Shown here: piece after piece, positions 28,801 to 37,483 of the stretch
Layout of the letters: each line of letters opens with the position of its first letter
Numbering within the stretch: the first letter of the stretch is position 1
Assembly: GCA_963770835.1 (NCBI GenBank)
Contig: CAVYRH010000003.1
Location: 288,001 to 352,000 of the forward strand
Direction of reading: 5' to 3'
From: an uncultured Pseudomonadota bacterium
Lineage (GTDB): Bacteria > Oederibacteriota > Muellerivitia > Muellerivitales > Muellerivitaceae
Length of the DNA stretch: 64,000 nucleotides
Notes under the pieces: generated by a model
Database searches by the model: none
Seen by the model: the letters and a program-made list of their open reading frames with translations, nothing else
Told to the model about the DNA's origin: nothing
Translations under genes and position numbers: made by a program

Positions 28801-31657
28801 CTCACTACGGTCACTCCAAGTCTCAGGTGCGCCTGTTAATGGAGTGACGATCACGATTGCCACCCCGACCGCTACGGCGACGAACACGGCGACCAACACG
28901 ACAACGAACACGCCTACCGATACCGCCACTAATACCGCGACGAATACGGCCACGAATACCACTACGAATACGCCTACGAATACTGCTACGGGCACGTCGA
29001 CTAACACCGCGACGAACACCACTACCAATACTCCGACGAATACTGCAACAGACACGGCGACGAATACGCCAACGAACACCCCGACGAATACGGCCACGAA
29101 CACTGCCACCAATACGGCGACTAACACCGCTACCAATACCGCGACGCTTACGACGACGGATACCGCCACCGACACAGCTACGAATACAGCTACCTCCACG
29201 CCGATTGATCCGCCGGTAGGGATAGTGTCGATCTGGACCCCTGTGGATCCCGTGGTGATCCCTGGCACGTCGGGAGTGACGGTGATGAAATTCCAGGTGA
29301 CGAACAACAGCACGACGGAAGCGGTGTCTTTCCTGTCCTTGGTGTTGACGGGGACGACAACGGGAACGGCGGACGACGCAACGGGAATAGCTCAGGTGAA
29401 ACTCTTTGACACAACAGAGCAAGTGACGGGTGGGACCTACGCGGTGGGATCGGCGCCCTTGACGCTGGGGTTGGCGCCGAAAGAGATGCGGGGGATCGCG
29501 TCAGCGCCGCAAACCTATGTGGTGACCTACGATTTTTCAGTGACCCAATTGGCAGGGAGTTACGCGGTAACAGTTGGGGTGGGAGGGTTGACGGGAACGG
29601 GGGCCACGAGCGGAAAGCCAATAGCTGTCTCAGTCCTGCCGATTGGAGGAGATGCAGTCACGGAGTCCCTGCCGACTTCCACGCCGACGAATACGGCTAC
29701 CAATACGGCGACAAATACCACAACCAATACGCCGACGAACACGGCTACGAACACAACGACGAACACGACCACCGCCACGCCAACCAATACGGCGACTAAC
29801 ACTCCTACCAACACTGCGACCAACACGGCCACGAATACCGCAACCAATACGGCGACGAACACGGCCACTAATACGGCGACAAAAACAGCAACTAATACGC
29901 CGACGAACACGGCTACGAACACAACGACGAACACGGCCACCAATACCGCGACGCTTACGGCGACCAATACCGCCACGAACACGACTACTAACACAGCGAC
30001 CAACACGGCTACCGATACCACGACGAATACGGCTACTAACACGGCGACAAATACCGCTACTGCCACCGCTACGAATACGGCCACGAACACAACCACCAGT
30101 ACTGCGACAAGTACGGCTACCAATACCTTCACCACAACCCCCACCAGCACCGCTACCCCCACTCCGACATCGACACCCTTGCCACCCGACCATTTGCTTT
30201 TCCTGACGCCCATTCCTCCATTTACCGCAGGAGTTACTACGAGCTTTACGGTCCAAGTTCTTAATTCAAATGGAGTTACGGTGGCTTTCCCGACGGCCGT
30301 AACCATGGATTTGACATCTAGTACTACAGGCGATTACAGTTTCTCGCTTTCTTCAGGCGGGCCAACCATCACTTCTTGTACCCTCCCGGCCGGAGCCGTT
30401 TCCCTGACACTCTTTTACACCGGATACAAGGTGGAAACCTCGAACCCGAACTTGAAGGTAACGGTCCTTTCGTCCATTGCCAACCCCTCGGTTTCGCAGG
30501 CTATTGCGGTTTCGCCGGCCGCTTATTCCAAGCTTCAGGTCTTGTTGCCTAATCAGGTTTCGGATCCGGGTAAACCCTTCTCCGATCCTTTGGGGCGGAT
30601 TGGAACCCCCAATTCGGTGGAGGCAGGAAGTTTTGTGACCGCCACAGTTAACGCCGTTGATAAGTACTTCAACTTGATCAGCACAATCATAGATACAGTG
30701 AACTTCACCACGAGCGACGCGGCCGCTCCACCCGAGGGTTCGGCCAACCTGACGGGAGGCATCGCCACCCATCCTGTGGTTTTCCTCACTGAAGGCGGTC
30801 AAACCTTGACTGCAACGGATCCAAACACGGCTCCCCCTTCAACGGGCACTAGCGACACGATTACCATATTGCCGGGGGTCAACAGCACGCTGTTGAACGT
30901 GGTTCATGGTTCGCCGAACCTTTCCACCGTGACCTTGGGTGAAAATGGAGTCGAAGTGCTTACCTTTAATCTTTCGGTGCAACAAGGGACCGATGCCATC
31001 AAGATCAATAGTTTGACCCTGAATGCAGAAGACCAGGACGGAGTTGGCGTTGCGATGGACACGGCTTTCCAGAACCTGATCCTAACGGGAGGGGCCCTGC
31101 CGATCACCGTTAATACCAGTCTCATAGGCCCGGTTACCGCTGTTTTTCCTGGCCCAATCACGGTTAATGCTGGATCCAACTCGCTAGCTTTGACCGTGAC
31201 TGCCGATATCCTGGCCAATGCTTCGGCAAAAACCGTAAGGCTAAGCTTGGGAAAAACCGGTATCGTCGCTCAAGACGCTTCGGTTGGTAGTCCAGTAGGA
31301 TTCACGACCTTCGGTGATTCCACCGGCTTTCCCATGAATTCTAATCTCATGCTATTCAGGGCGACTGACGTGACAAGTACCTACGGTAATTATCCCAATC
31401 CGTTCCACCCTGGGCAGGGAAGCACGACCATCGAGTTCAACCTGCAGTCCGCATCCACTGTTTCTTTAGTGCTCTATGATGTCATGGGCGAAAGGACGGC
31501 GACCTTGATTGACAACCAAACCCTTCAGGCGGGATTGCAGAGGGTTTCTTGGGACGGACGGAACGGGATGGGAGCTTATGTGTTAAATGGCATTTATTAC
31601 GCTCAACTAATCGTCGACGGCCAAAAATACATGCTTAAAATCGCGGTGGTGAGATGA
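25889..31657 (+). CDS. Giant surface protein: ConA/DUF1349-like lectin head, four repeated beta domains, Thr/Asn-rich linkers, FlgD/T9SS-like tail
   Basis: Signal peptide; GIMMRSSL..YVRLVRQQDNFTGYYSPDGVNW..YVGIA; four copies of STQIPGA..V.N...TYxVxYDFS; tail NYPNPF...WDGRNGMG..VLNGIYY..KIAVVR. Confidence 0.88.
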   Translation: MTKTLKSLYPLALFVFLQAIVPSSVPAQCLLSDLFTTPGNLAMPPWLTADVDDSTAGVGQTIGSALTITASGNGIGFVNAVDPPNDSFYYIYQEVSEDSDITLQINAVPTSSPDGECGIMMRSSLGPTTLMAYICATNSGIYDFEYTDSGGSEIPFNDGNYTNPSVGYVRLVRQQDNFTGYYSPDGVNWNEVGFNESSGGSSLSMPYPYYVGIATSSAAGVTGTAIVNNFSVSIGACTSTPTVTNTPTNTLTNTPTYTPTVTPTFTPTNTPTNTFTDTNTATNTPTNTTTNTPTNTTTNTATNTSTNTATSTPTDPAVLVNPGSGEPPNSTQIPGAMDVAAMQMAVTNQSNEVVTLNYVVLTAVDGSGPNSAAGITAVNLMKGTILLASSTYNGSGLVTLGGFPLDTLGAAGSPSAAQTYTVEYDFSSTAPAGIYVANLQSGAAVQGVGQVSGMPLTVSGPPLDGATITIATPTPTATNTATNTTTNTATDTATKTTTNTRTNTPTFTPTNTPTNTPTNTTTNTPTLTPTVTATLTATNTATSTPTQPVVNIARVTPPVDSTQIPGAMGVSVMQVAVTNTSGELVALKDLIFQASGQDATQITQVKLFRGSTLVGGGVYSGANGFVTMGAPALDTLAAGGNQSYLLTYDFSGSALTGAYAVSLVGAEGTGQTSGRPIQLTGVPAGGAIITIATPTSTATSTATNTTTNTPTNTATSTATYTTTNTPTNTATNTTTLTPTSTATFTATNTATYTSTNTTTNTPTLTTTATATFTATNTTTNTATNTPTSTLTYTATNTATDTATNTTTSTVTETPTDTTTNTPTATTTNTPSQPAVSIATGVPTLVGSTQIPGAVNVPVLEVVVSNNSSSPQEAISLTGIKFTASGSGNDLTGLTQVSLYRGTALVPGNFVQGGVYSADNGAVTLGLPLVDIISATAAQTYTVAYDFSTTAPQGTYSTAILLGTDVQGIGQTSLRSLQVSGAPVNGVTITIATPTATATNTATNTTTNTPTDTATNTATNTATNTTTNTPTNTATGTSTNTATNTTTNTPTNTATDTATNTPTNTPTNTATNTATNTATNTATNTATLTTTDTATDTATNTATSTPIDPPVGIVSIWTPVDPVVIPGTSGVTVMKFQVTNNSTTEAVSFLSLVLTGTTTGTADDATGIAQVKLFDTTEQVTGGTYAVGSAPLTLGLAPKEMRGIASAPQTYVVTYDFSVTQLAGSYAVTVGVGGLTGTGATSGKPIAVSVLPIGGDAVTESLPTSTPTNTATNTATNTTTNTPTNTATNTTTNTTTATPTNTATNTPTNTATNTATNTATNTATNTATNTATKTATNTPTNTATNTTTNTATNTATLTATNTATNTTTNTATNTATDTTTNTATNTATNTATATATNTATNTTTSTATSTATNTFTTTPTSTATPTPTSTPLPPDHLLFLTPIPPFTAGVTTSFTVQVLNSNGVTVAFPTAVTMDLTSSTTGDYSFSLSSGGPTITSCTLPAGAVSLTLFYTGYKVETSNPNLKVTVLSSIANPSVSQAIAVSPAAYSKLQVLLPNQVSDPGKPFSDPLGRIGTPNSVEAGSFVTATVNAVDKYFNLISTIIDTVNFTTSDAAAPPEGSANLTGGIATHPVVFLTEGGQTLTATDPNTAPPSTGTSDTITILPGVNSTLLNVVHGSPNLSTVTLGENGVEVLTFNLSVQQGTDAIKINSLTLNAEDQDGVGVAMDTAFQNLILTGGALPITVNTSLIGPVTAVFPGPITVNAGSNSLALTVTADILANASAKTVRLSLGKTGIVAQDASVGSPVGFTTFGDSTGFPMNSNLMLFRATDVTSTYGNYPNPFHPGQGSTTIEFNLQSASTVSLVLYDVMGERTATLIDNQTLQAGLQRVSWDGRNGMGAYVLNGIYYAQLIVDGQKYMLKIAVVR

Positions 31658-33363
31658 TGCGAAAAATTACACGGTTTAAAGTTCGCGGCTCTAGGTTAAA
31701 ACCGTTCAAAATGAGAAAGACAGAAGTTGTCAGGCGACTTTCAAATGCTCTTTGTGCTTTGGCAATGATTCTTATCCCCGGGATTGTCCGGGCCCAAGTG
31801 GCCACCGGCGGAGTGGTATCACCCTTCAGCTTGGGAGGGTCCGCCAGAATGCTTGGGATGGGAAACACTGGAGCGGCGATCACGGGCGACGGGGATGGGT
31901 TCTTCGAAAACCCTGCGGTGCTGGCCACCCTGGATGAACACCAGATTCTCACCTTCCATGCGCCTTTATTCCAGGATACCCTTTACGATGCTCTAGGTTA
32001 TTTCAATCCGATCACTCTCCACAGCAGTTTCGGACTGGCGGTTGCCCGTCTGGGGGTTTCCAATATTCTTCAAACCCAGAACAATGTCCTGGCCCTTTCC
32101 ACCTTTTCCGATGAGCAATGGCAAGGACTCTTAGGCTACGGTTTCCGCGCCGTGGAAGGTTTGGACGTCGGCGGTACCGTGAAATATGAATTCGAACAGC
32201 TGGATTCCTATCAGGGTAGCGGAGTTGGATTGGATTTGGGCCTGCTTTACCACTTTTCGGATAACCCGCAGGATTTCAGCCAAATCGGCTATAAAAACAT
32301 TACCCTGGGTTTTTCGGCCTCCAACGTGCTTCAGCCTCAAACCAAACTTTTCGAGGATCCCAGCGTTCCTTTAAGAGTCTATCGCCCCGCCCTCTCCTAC
32401 CTTTACCGGTTTCCCTCCTCCACTAGCGAGCTTTGGTTGACCACCGAAGGGGAGGTGCAGGACGGCGGAACCAACCTCGTCAAAGGCGGGATGGAGTACG
32501 GCTGGAACCAAACGGTCTTCGCGAGGGCGGGTTTCGACGGTGTGAGCCCGACGGTGGGCGTGGGTCTGCGGTTATCGGATTTTCAACTGGATTATGCCTT
32601 TAACGAGCGCGATTTAGGCGCACTCCACCGTTTTTCATTGAGCTATCGTTTCGGGCGTTACATCGATCCCCTTCAAACTCAAAAGCTCGATCTTTTGAAA
32701 TCGGTGGCCCGTGGTTATACGGCGGCAAAGGATTATGACCCCGCCATCAAAGCTTGGGAGGATGTATTGAAGGAATTTCCCGATGATGGCGAAGCATCCC
32801 GTTCGCTCCAGGATCTTCAACGAAAACGCAAAAATGCCGTCCAAGACCAACTGGATCTTGCGCGTTCCGCTATGAGCCGAGGAGACTTTGAGAAAGCCCT
32901 GCCCTATATTGCAAAGGTCCTTAGCCTGGACCCCAGTAATAAGGGTGCCAAAGAACTCCTGAAGCAGGTCGATCAAAAAACCCTGATCTCCTCCAATTAC
33001 ACGCGAGGAGTGGAAGCTTATAGCCAAGAAGATTTTGGGCTGGCGGTTCAATATCTTCAGACGGTTTATGAGGTGGACCCTCATTACCGAGACGTGGAAC
33101 ATCTCTACCATGACGCCCAAAGTTATTATCAACCTTTGCAAACCATGCCCAAGGAATTAACGGCCCTCTACGCCAAGGGAGTGGATTATTATATGAATGG
33201 CGAATACCAGAAAGCCATCGACGCCTGGGAGAGTCTGTTGGAAAAAAATCCTAAAAATTATCTAGTGCGCCGAAATATCGAGGAAGCGAAAACCCGTCTC
33301 AGTGAAAAGGCTCCGCCCCACCCTGCGGTTTCCTCTGGCAACAAATCGGGGGATAGGCCTTGA
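31654..33363 (+). CDS. PorV/PorQ-like beta-barrel fused to C-terminal TPR array
   Basis: LGGSARMLGMGNTGAAITGDGDGFFENPAVLA. Barrel ends LGALHRFSLSYRFG, followed by ~220 aa of TPR helices. ATGA overlap with the upstream gene. Confidence 0.85.
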   Translation: MMRKITRFKVRGSRLKPFKMRKTEVVRRLSNALCALAMILIPGIVRAQVATGGVVSPFSLGGSARMLGMGNTGAAITGDGDGFFENPAVLATLDEHQILTFHAPLFQDTLYDALGYFNPITLHSSFGLAVARLGVSNILQTQNNVLALSTFSDEQWQGLLGYGFRAVEGLDVGGTVKYEFEQLDSYQGSGVGLDLGLLYHFSDNPQDFSQIGYKNITLGFSASNVLQPQTKLFEDPSVPLRVYRPALSYLYRFPSSTSELWLTTEGEVQDGGTNLVKGGMEYGWNQTVFARAGFDGVSPTVGVGLRLSDFQLDYAFNERDLGALHRFSLSYRFGRYIDPLQTQKLDLLKSVARGYTAAKDYDPAIKAWEDVLKEFPDDGEASRSLQDLQRKRKNAVQDQLDLARSAMSRGDFEKALPYIAKVLSLDPSNKGAKELLKQVDQKTLISSNYTRGVEAYSQEDFGLAVQYLQTVYEVDPHYRDVEHLYHDAQSYYQPLQTMPKELTALYAKGVDYYMNGEYQKAIDAWESLLEKNPKNYLVRRNIEEAKTRLSEKAPPHPAVSSGNKSGDRP

Positions 33364-35759
33364 ATCTCTACGAATTCTTCACCCGGATTGTTTCCCACAT
33401 TCCCTTGGAACCCAAGCGGAGAAACTACCGCTTGGAGGTGGAAGCCAAGGATATTGAGCTTCTGACCATCAAGGACTTCGTCCAGCGAGTCTGCGACGCC
33501 GCCGGTTGTACCCCGAAGGAAACCTCCAACATCAAGCTGGCCATTGACGAGGCTTGCAGCAACATCATTCGGCACGCTTACAAGGGAAAGGAAGGCGGGA
33601 AGATTACGCTGGAGATGGGGATCGGCTTCACGGACCTGAAAATAAAGATTATCGATTACGGCACTCCGTTTGATTTCAGGAGCGTCAAGGACCCCGATCT
33701 CAACCATTACGTCGATATCGGGAAAAAAGGCGGCTTAGGCATTTGGCTTATCAAAAAGGTCATGAATCGGGTCCAATATAAGTCCTACCAGGACCGCAAT
33801 GAGCTAATCCTTTCTCGCCGACTCTCGAAGGCACCCCCCAAGGAACTGGGCCTCAAGAAGGGAACTTATTCAGTTTCGGCAAAGTTCTCCTTGGGCTCCG
33901 CCGTCCTGGTTATATTGATTACCCTTACGGCTTATTTTTACCTGATCAACCGCCAGCAAACCTTCACTCTCAACCAGCAAAAGAGCAAAGTTACCACTTT
34001 ACTCCAGGCCATCGCCGCTGATGCGGGGAGCCCTGTCGTCCTAAAAAATGACTTGGAACTGAACCACCTTATCCGGGAAGTGCAGGAGGAAGACAAGGAA
34101 AGAGTCTTGAGTTACGTCTTTATCGTCGGAAGTGAAGGGAAATACCTTGCCCATTCCGATTTAAGCCAGCTTTTTAAACCTTACAAACCACTTCCGGGAG
34201 TTCAAATTAAACGAGTTTCAGGTGTTCAAATTTTCCGAATTTCCGCTGACGAAGGGCCCCTGACGGATTATGCCTCCGTCGTTTTTTTCCGAAGTCAGGC
34301 AGTTGGCGAGGTTCATGCGGGTGTCACGGATGAGTCCCTGCACCAGTTGAACACCCGGATTAGGGCCGATATACAAAGGTTAATGTTGTGGATCGCCGTT
34401 ATCAGCATTGCGGGGTTGTACCTTCTTTCCCGAATCTTCATCCGGCCTTTCCAGAAGATACTGGAAGGCATCCAGGCCGTAAGCCAGGGAGACCTCAACG
34501 CAAAGATCGAGGTGGAAAGCCAGGATGAATTCGGCCTATTGGCCAAGATTTTTAACGAAATGACGGTCAAAATCCAGGATTCCCAGGTCGGGCTTGTGGA
34601 ACAGGAACGCCTCCAAAAGGAAATGCAGGTGGCTCAGGAAATCCAACATACCCTTTTGCCCGCCTCCTTCCCCCAAATAGAGGGTTATGAGATCGGGGCC
34701 ACCTACCGGGCGGCTAAGGAAGTGGGCGGTGACTATTACGACTTTTTTTGGGTGGATCCCACGACTTTGGGCATCGTGGTAGCGGACGTTTCGGGCAAAG
34801 GCGTCCCAGGATCTCTCGTCATGACCATGATTCGTACCGCCATGAGGCTGGAAGCCCGGGGAAACTGGTCGGCCTCTGATGTGTTGGCAAAGGTCAACCA
34901 ACATGTCACCTCCGACATGAAGCGGGGCATGTTCGTAACCATGTTTTACATTATTTTGGATTCCCGGGATCGTTCCATTAATTTTGCCAGCGCGGGGCAC
35001 AACCCGATGATCCTCTATCGGGAAAAAACTAAAGAGGTTTATTTCCTCAAGCCCAAAGGTTTCCCGGTTGGAATCGATCTTCCGGAAGCAGATATGTTCG
35101 TCAAAAACATGACTCTCCAGAAAGTCAGTCTTGAAAAAAATGATATGCTCATCATCTATACGGATGGTATTACGGAAGCCATGAACCCCGAGAAAGAGCA
35201 GTTCGGAGAAGAAAGGCTTATCCGCCTCATTAAAGAGAACTCGACTCTCACCCCGGCCGAGTTTGTGGAAAGACTGAATGAGGCGATTGCCCAGTTTACC
35301 CGTGGGGCCGAACAGAATGATGACATCACCGTCGTCGCCATCAAAGAAAAAATGAAAGTGGAGCAGGTGGAATACAAATTCCGGAAGAAATTGATCGATT
35401 TGGTCGAGAAGAAAGGAATGTCAATCGCGTCGGCCTGCCGTCAGATGAACATTTCGCCTAAAACTTATTACCGGTATAAAAAACTTTTTGATGAGAAAGG
35501 AAGAGCGGGATTGAAACCGGTTTTATCCAAGCGGACGGGGTTGATGGAGCTTTCTCAACCTCAGCAACAGGCGGTTCTGGCCCTCGTGAGGGAGCATCCT
35601 GAATACAATTCGAAACGAATCACGGAAGAGATTGGGAAAAGCACTACCCCTCCCCAAAAAGTGGAACACCGACTGGTCCTGGCCTTTTTAAAACGAAAGG
35701 GCTTGCAGGATTTGAAGGCGCGAAAAGCCCTTGAGGTCAACGAGGTTGACAGGGTCTAA
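33360..35759 (+). CDS. Membrane RsbW-type kinase - periplasmic sensor - HAMP - SpoIIE/PP2C phosphatase - HTH fusion
   Basis: LAIDEACSNIIRHAY, DYGTPFD, GGLGIWLIKKVM (HATPase_c_2). Two TMs. DEFGLLAKIFNEM (HAMP). EVGGDYYD, ADVSGKG, AGHNP, YTDGITEA, DDIT (PP2C). SIASACRQMNISPKTYYRY (HTH). TTGA overlap with the upstream gene. Confidence 0.92.
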   Translation: MNLYEFFTRIVSHIPLEPKRRNYRLEVEAKDIELLTIKDFVQRVCDAAGCTPKETSNIKLAIDEACSNIIRHAYKGKEGGKITLEMGIGFTDLKIKIIDYGTPFDFRSVKDPDLNHYVDIGKKGGLGIWLIKKVMNRVQYKSYQDRNELILSRRLSKAPPKELGLKKGTYSVSAKFSLGSAVLVILITLTAYFYLINRQQTFTLNQQKSKVTTLLQAIAADAGSPVVLKNDLELNHLIREVQEEDKERVLSYVFIVGSEGKYLAHSDLSQLFKPYKPLPGVQIKRVSGVQIFRISADEGPLTDYASVVFFRSQAVGEVHAGVTDESLHQLNTRIRADIQRLMLWIAVISIAGLYLLSRIFIRPFQKILEGIQAVSQGDLNAKIEVESQDEFGLLAKIFNEMTVKIQDSQVGLVEQERLQKEMQVAQEIQHTLLPASFPQIEGYEIGATYRAAKEVGGDYYDFFWVDPTTLGIVVADVSGKGVPGSLVMTMIRTAMRLEARGNWSASDVLAKVNQHVTSDMKRGMFVTMFYIILDSRDRSINFASAGHNPMILYREKTKEVYFLKPKGFPVGIDLPEADMFVKNMTLQKVSLEKNDMLIIYTDGITEAMNPEKEQFGEERLIRLIKENSTLTPAEFVERLNEAIAQFTRGAEQNDDITVVAIKEKMKVEQVEYKFRKKLIDLVEKKGMSIASACRQMNISPKTYYRYKKLFDEKGRAGLKPVLSKRTGLMELSQPQQQAVLALVREHPEYNSKRITEEIGKSTTPPQKVEHRLVLAFLKRKGLQDLKARKALEVNEVDRV

Positions 35760-35808
35760 AAGGCCAGTGATAATAAAGCCGCTATCGGCCCTAATTTTCG
35801 GAGGAAGC

Positions 35809-36171
35809 ATGGAAAATATTTCGGTTAATATTTCGGAGCATCCGCAAAACAAGGATATCACGCTTCTTTCCGTTAAAGGGTTCATTGATACGACCACAGC
35901 TCCGGAATTCGAAAAAAAATTCCTTTCGCTATTGGGAGAAAAAAAGTTCAAGCTGGTGGTGGATTTGAAGGATGTGAATTATATCAGTAGCGCTGGCTGG
36001 GGGATTTTTATCAGTGAAATCAAGCGTATCCGCAACCAAAAGGGTGATTTGGTGTTGGTGGGCATGAATCCGGAAGTTTCGGAGGTTTTCGAACTTTTGG
36101 AATTTAATACGATATTGAAATCGTTCCCGAATGTTGAGGCGGCAATTAAAAAGGGGTTCGAGAAAGCCTGA
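35809..36171 (+). CDS. STAS anti-anti-sigma factor (RsbV/SpoIIAA-like)
   Basis: VKGFIDTTTAPEFE, LVVDLKDVNYISSAGWG (phospho-Ser motif), MNPEVSEVFELL. GGAGG RBS. Confidence 0.93.
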   Translation: MENISVNISEHPQNKDITLLSVKGFIDTTTAPEFEKKFLSLLGEKKFKLVVDLKDVNYISSAGWGIFISEIKRIRNQKGDLVLVGMNPEVSEVFELLEFNTILKSFPNVEAAIKKGFEKA

Positions 36172-36264
36172 ACCCGTAAAACGGGGACGAGTTATAACGA
36201 CCCGGGACAAGCCGGTTTTTGCGGCACCGGGCGAAGGATTTGAAGATCCGGAACTTGGAAAATA

Positions 36265-37401
36265 ATGGAATCGGCAGCTTTAACCTCCCTCATTGAAATT
36301 GAGGGAAAAAACTTTACCTTGGAGACATCGCCCATTACGGGGAAAAACCGCATTTCCTCCCTTGTTCAGCTGGGTGGAAGGGCCATTTCCCTTCGGGAAG
36401 TCGAACTGCCTGAGGGATTGGATGATGATTCCCTTAAGCGCTATTTGCAGGAAACCCACCGAATCCGCTCGGTGGAGCTAGAATCCCTTTTTCGCCTGAA
36501 TAAGAAGATTGACGAAAAACCTACGGCGGATGCCTGCTGGAAAATTGGAGTTATCTTTCTCTCTAATGGTTTCTACGAAGACTCCCGCCAGAAATTCCTC
36601 AAAGCCATTGAGCAAGACCCCCGCCACCTACAAGCGATTAAAAACTACGGGATTGCTTTGACCCTTATGGAGGATTATGACGGCGCCTTTGCCAGCCTTA
36701 ATCAGGCCCGTGAGTTGGGTCCATCTTTTGCCGATATTTATTACCACCTTGGAAACACCCACTTATATAAACGTGAGCTTGATGAGGCTGTTCAAGGCTA
36801 TCTCCAGGCTCTTCAAATCAACCCACGTTACGCGGATGCCCGCTTAAGACTGGCCACTGCCTGTGTAGGTTATCTGGCGCAATCTTCCAATCAGCTGGAG
36901 GGAGGGAAGGTTTTGGAGCTTTCCGAAAGGGCGAAAACTGAAGCCGAGACAGCGGCAACTTTAAACCCCAAGGTTCGAAACAGGGCTTATTTGATGGCGA
37001 TGGATTATCTTCGAAACAAGAAATATTCCCAAGCATTCCAGGCTTTTATTGAGGTCCGCCCTAAATATGTTCCTCGAATCGGCGATGAAATCATCTTTTT
37101 CTTTACGTTAACACTTTTATATGGAAGTGAAGGAATCGACCTTCAAATGACAGAGCAATACATCGATAAATTGACGAAGGTAATCGAAGAATACCCGCAT
37201 TATGCCGACCTGCATCACCATTTGGGGACCGCTTATCTGATCAAGTGCCGTTTTGATGTGAGCCGGTCTTTGAAAGAATTCAAGAAAGCCTTGGAAATCA
37301 ATCCCCAGTTTCAGAAGGCCTTAGGGAATTCGGCGGACACGGAGGACCTTCATAAAAAGGTTCTGATAGTCTTAAAAAAGGCAATTATACCGCAGGGTTA
37401 A
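36265..37401 (+). CDS. Cytoplasmic TPR protein with small N-terminal alpha/beta domain
   Basis: TPRs (FADIYYHLG, ALQINPRYADA, YPHYADLHHHLG, ALEINPQF). No signal peptide. Confidence 0.85.
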   Translation: MESAALTSLIEIEGKNFTLETSPITGKNRISSLVQLGGRAISLREVELPEGLDDDSLKRYLQETHRIRSVELESLFRLNKKIDEKPTADACWKIGVIFLSNGFYEDSRQKFLKAIEQDPRHLQAIKNYGIALTLMEDYDGAFASLNQARELGPSFADIYYHLGNTHLYKRELDEAVQGYLQALQINPRYADARLRLATACVGYLAQSSNQLEGGKVLELSERAKTEAETAATLNPKVRNRAYLMAMDYLRNKKYSQAFQAFIEVRPKYVPRIGDEIIFFFTLTLLYGSEGIDLQMTEQYIDKLTKVIEEYPHYADLHHHLGTAYLIKCRFDVSRSLKEFKKALEINPQFQKALGNSADTEDLHKKVLIVLKKAIIPQG

Positions 37402-37483
37402 AAATATTCATTCCTTGTAATCTGCGGTAGGTGGCTGGGGCGTAAAAGTATCCTGTTCAAAATTCCGCCCGCTATAGCGAGCT

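Noticed and set aside
26600..30306. Periodic ACGAACACGGC/ACCAATAC repeats as a CRISPR array; long Val/Ala or Arg/Pro ORFs in other frames
   Set aside because: There is no constant repeat with unique spacers. The periodicity is Thr-Ala-Thr-Asn codon structure, and the shadow ORFs arise because ACN-rich sequence lacks stops in other frames.
35370..35808. Active IS element
   Set aside because: Only the HTH region is present, fused in frame. No DDE catalytic domain, terminal repeats or target duplication.
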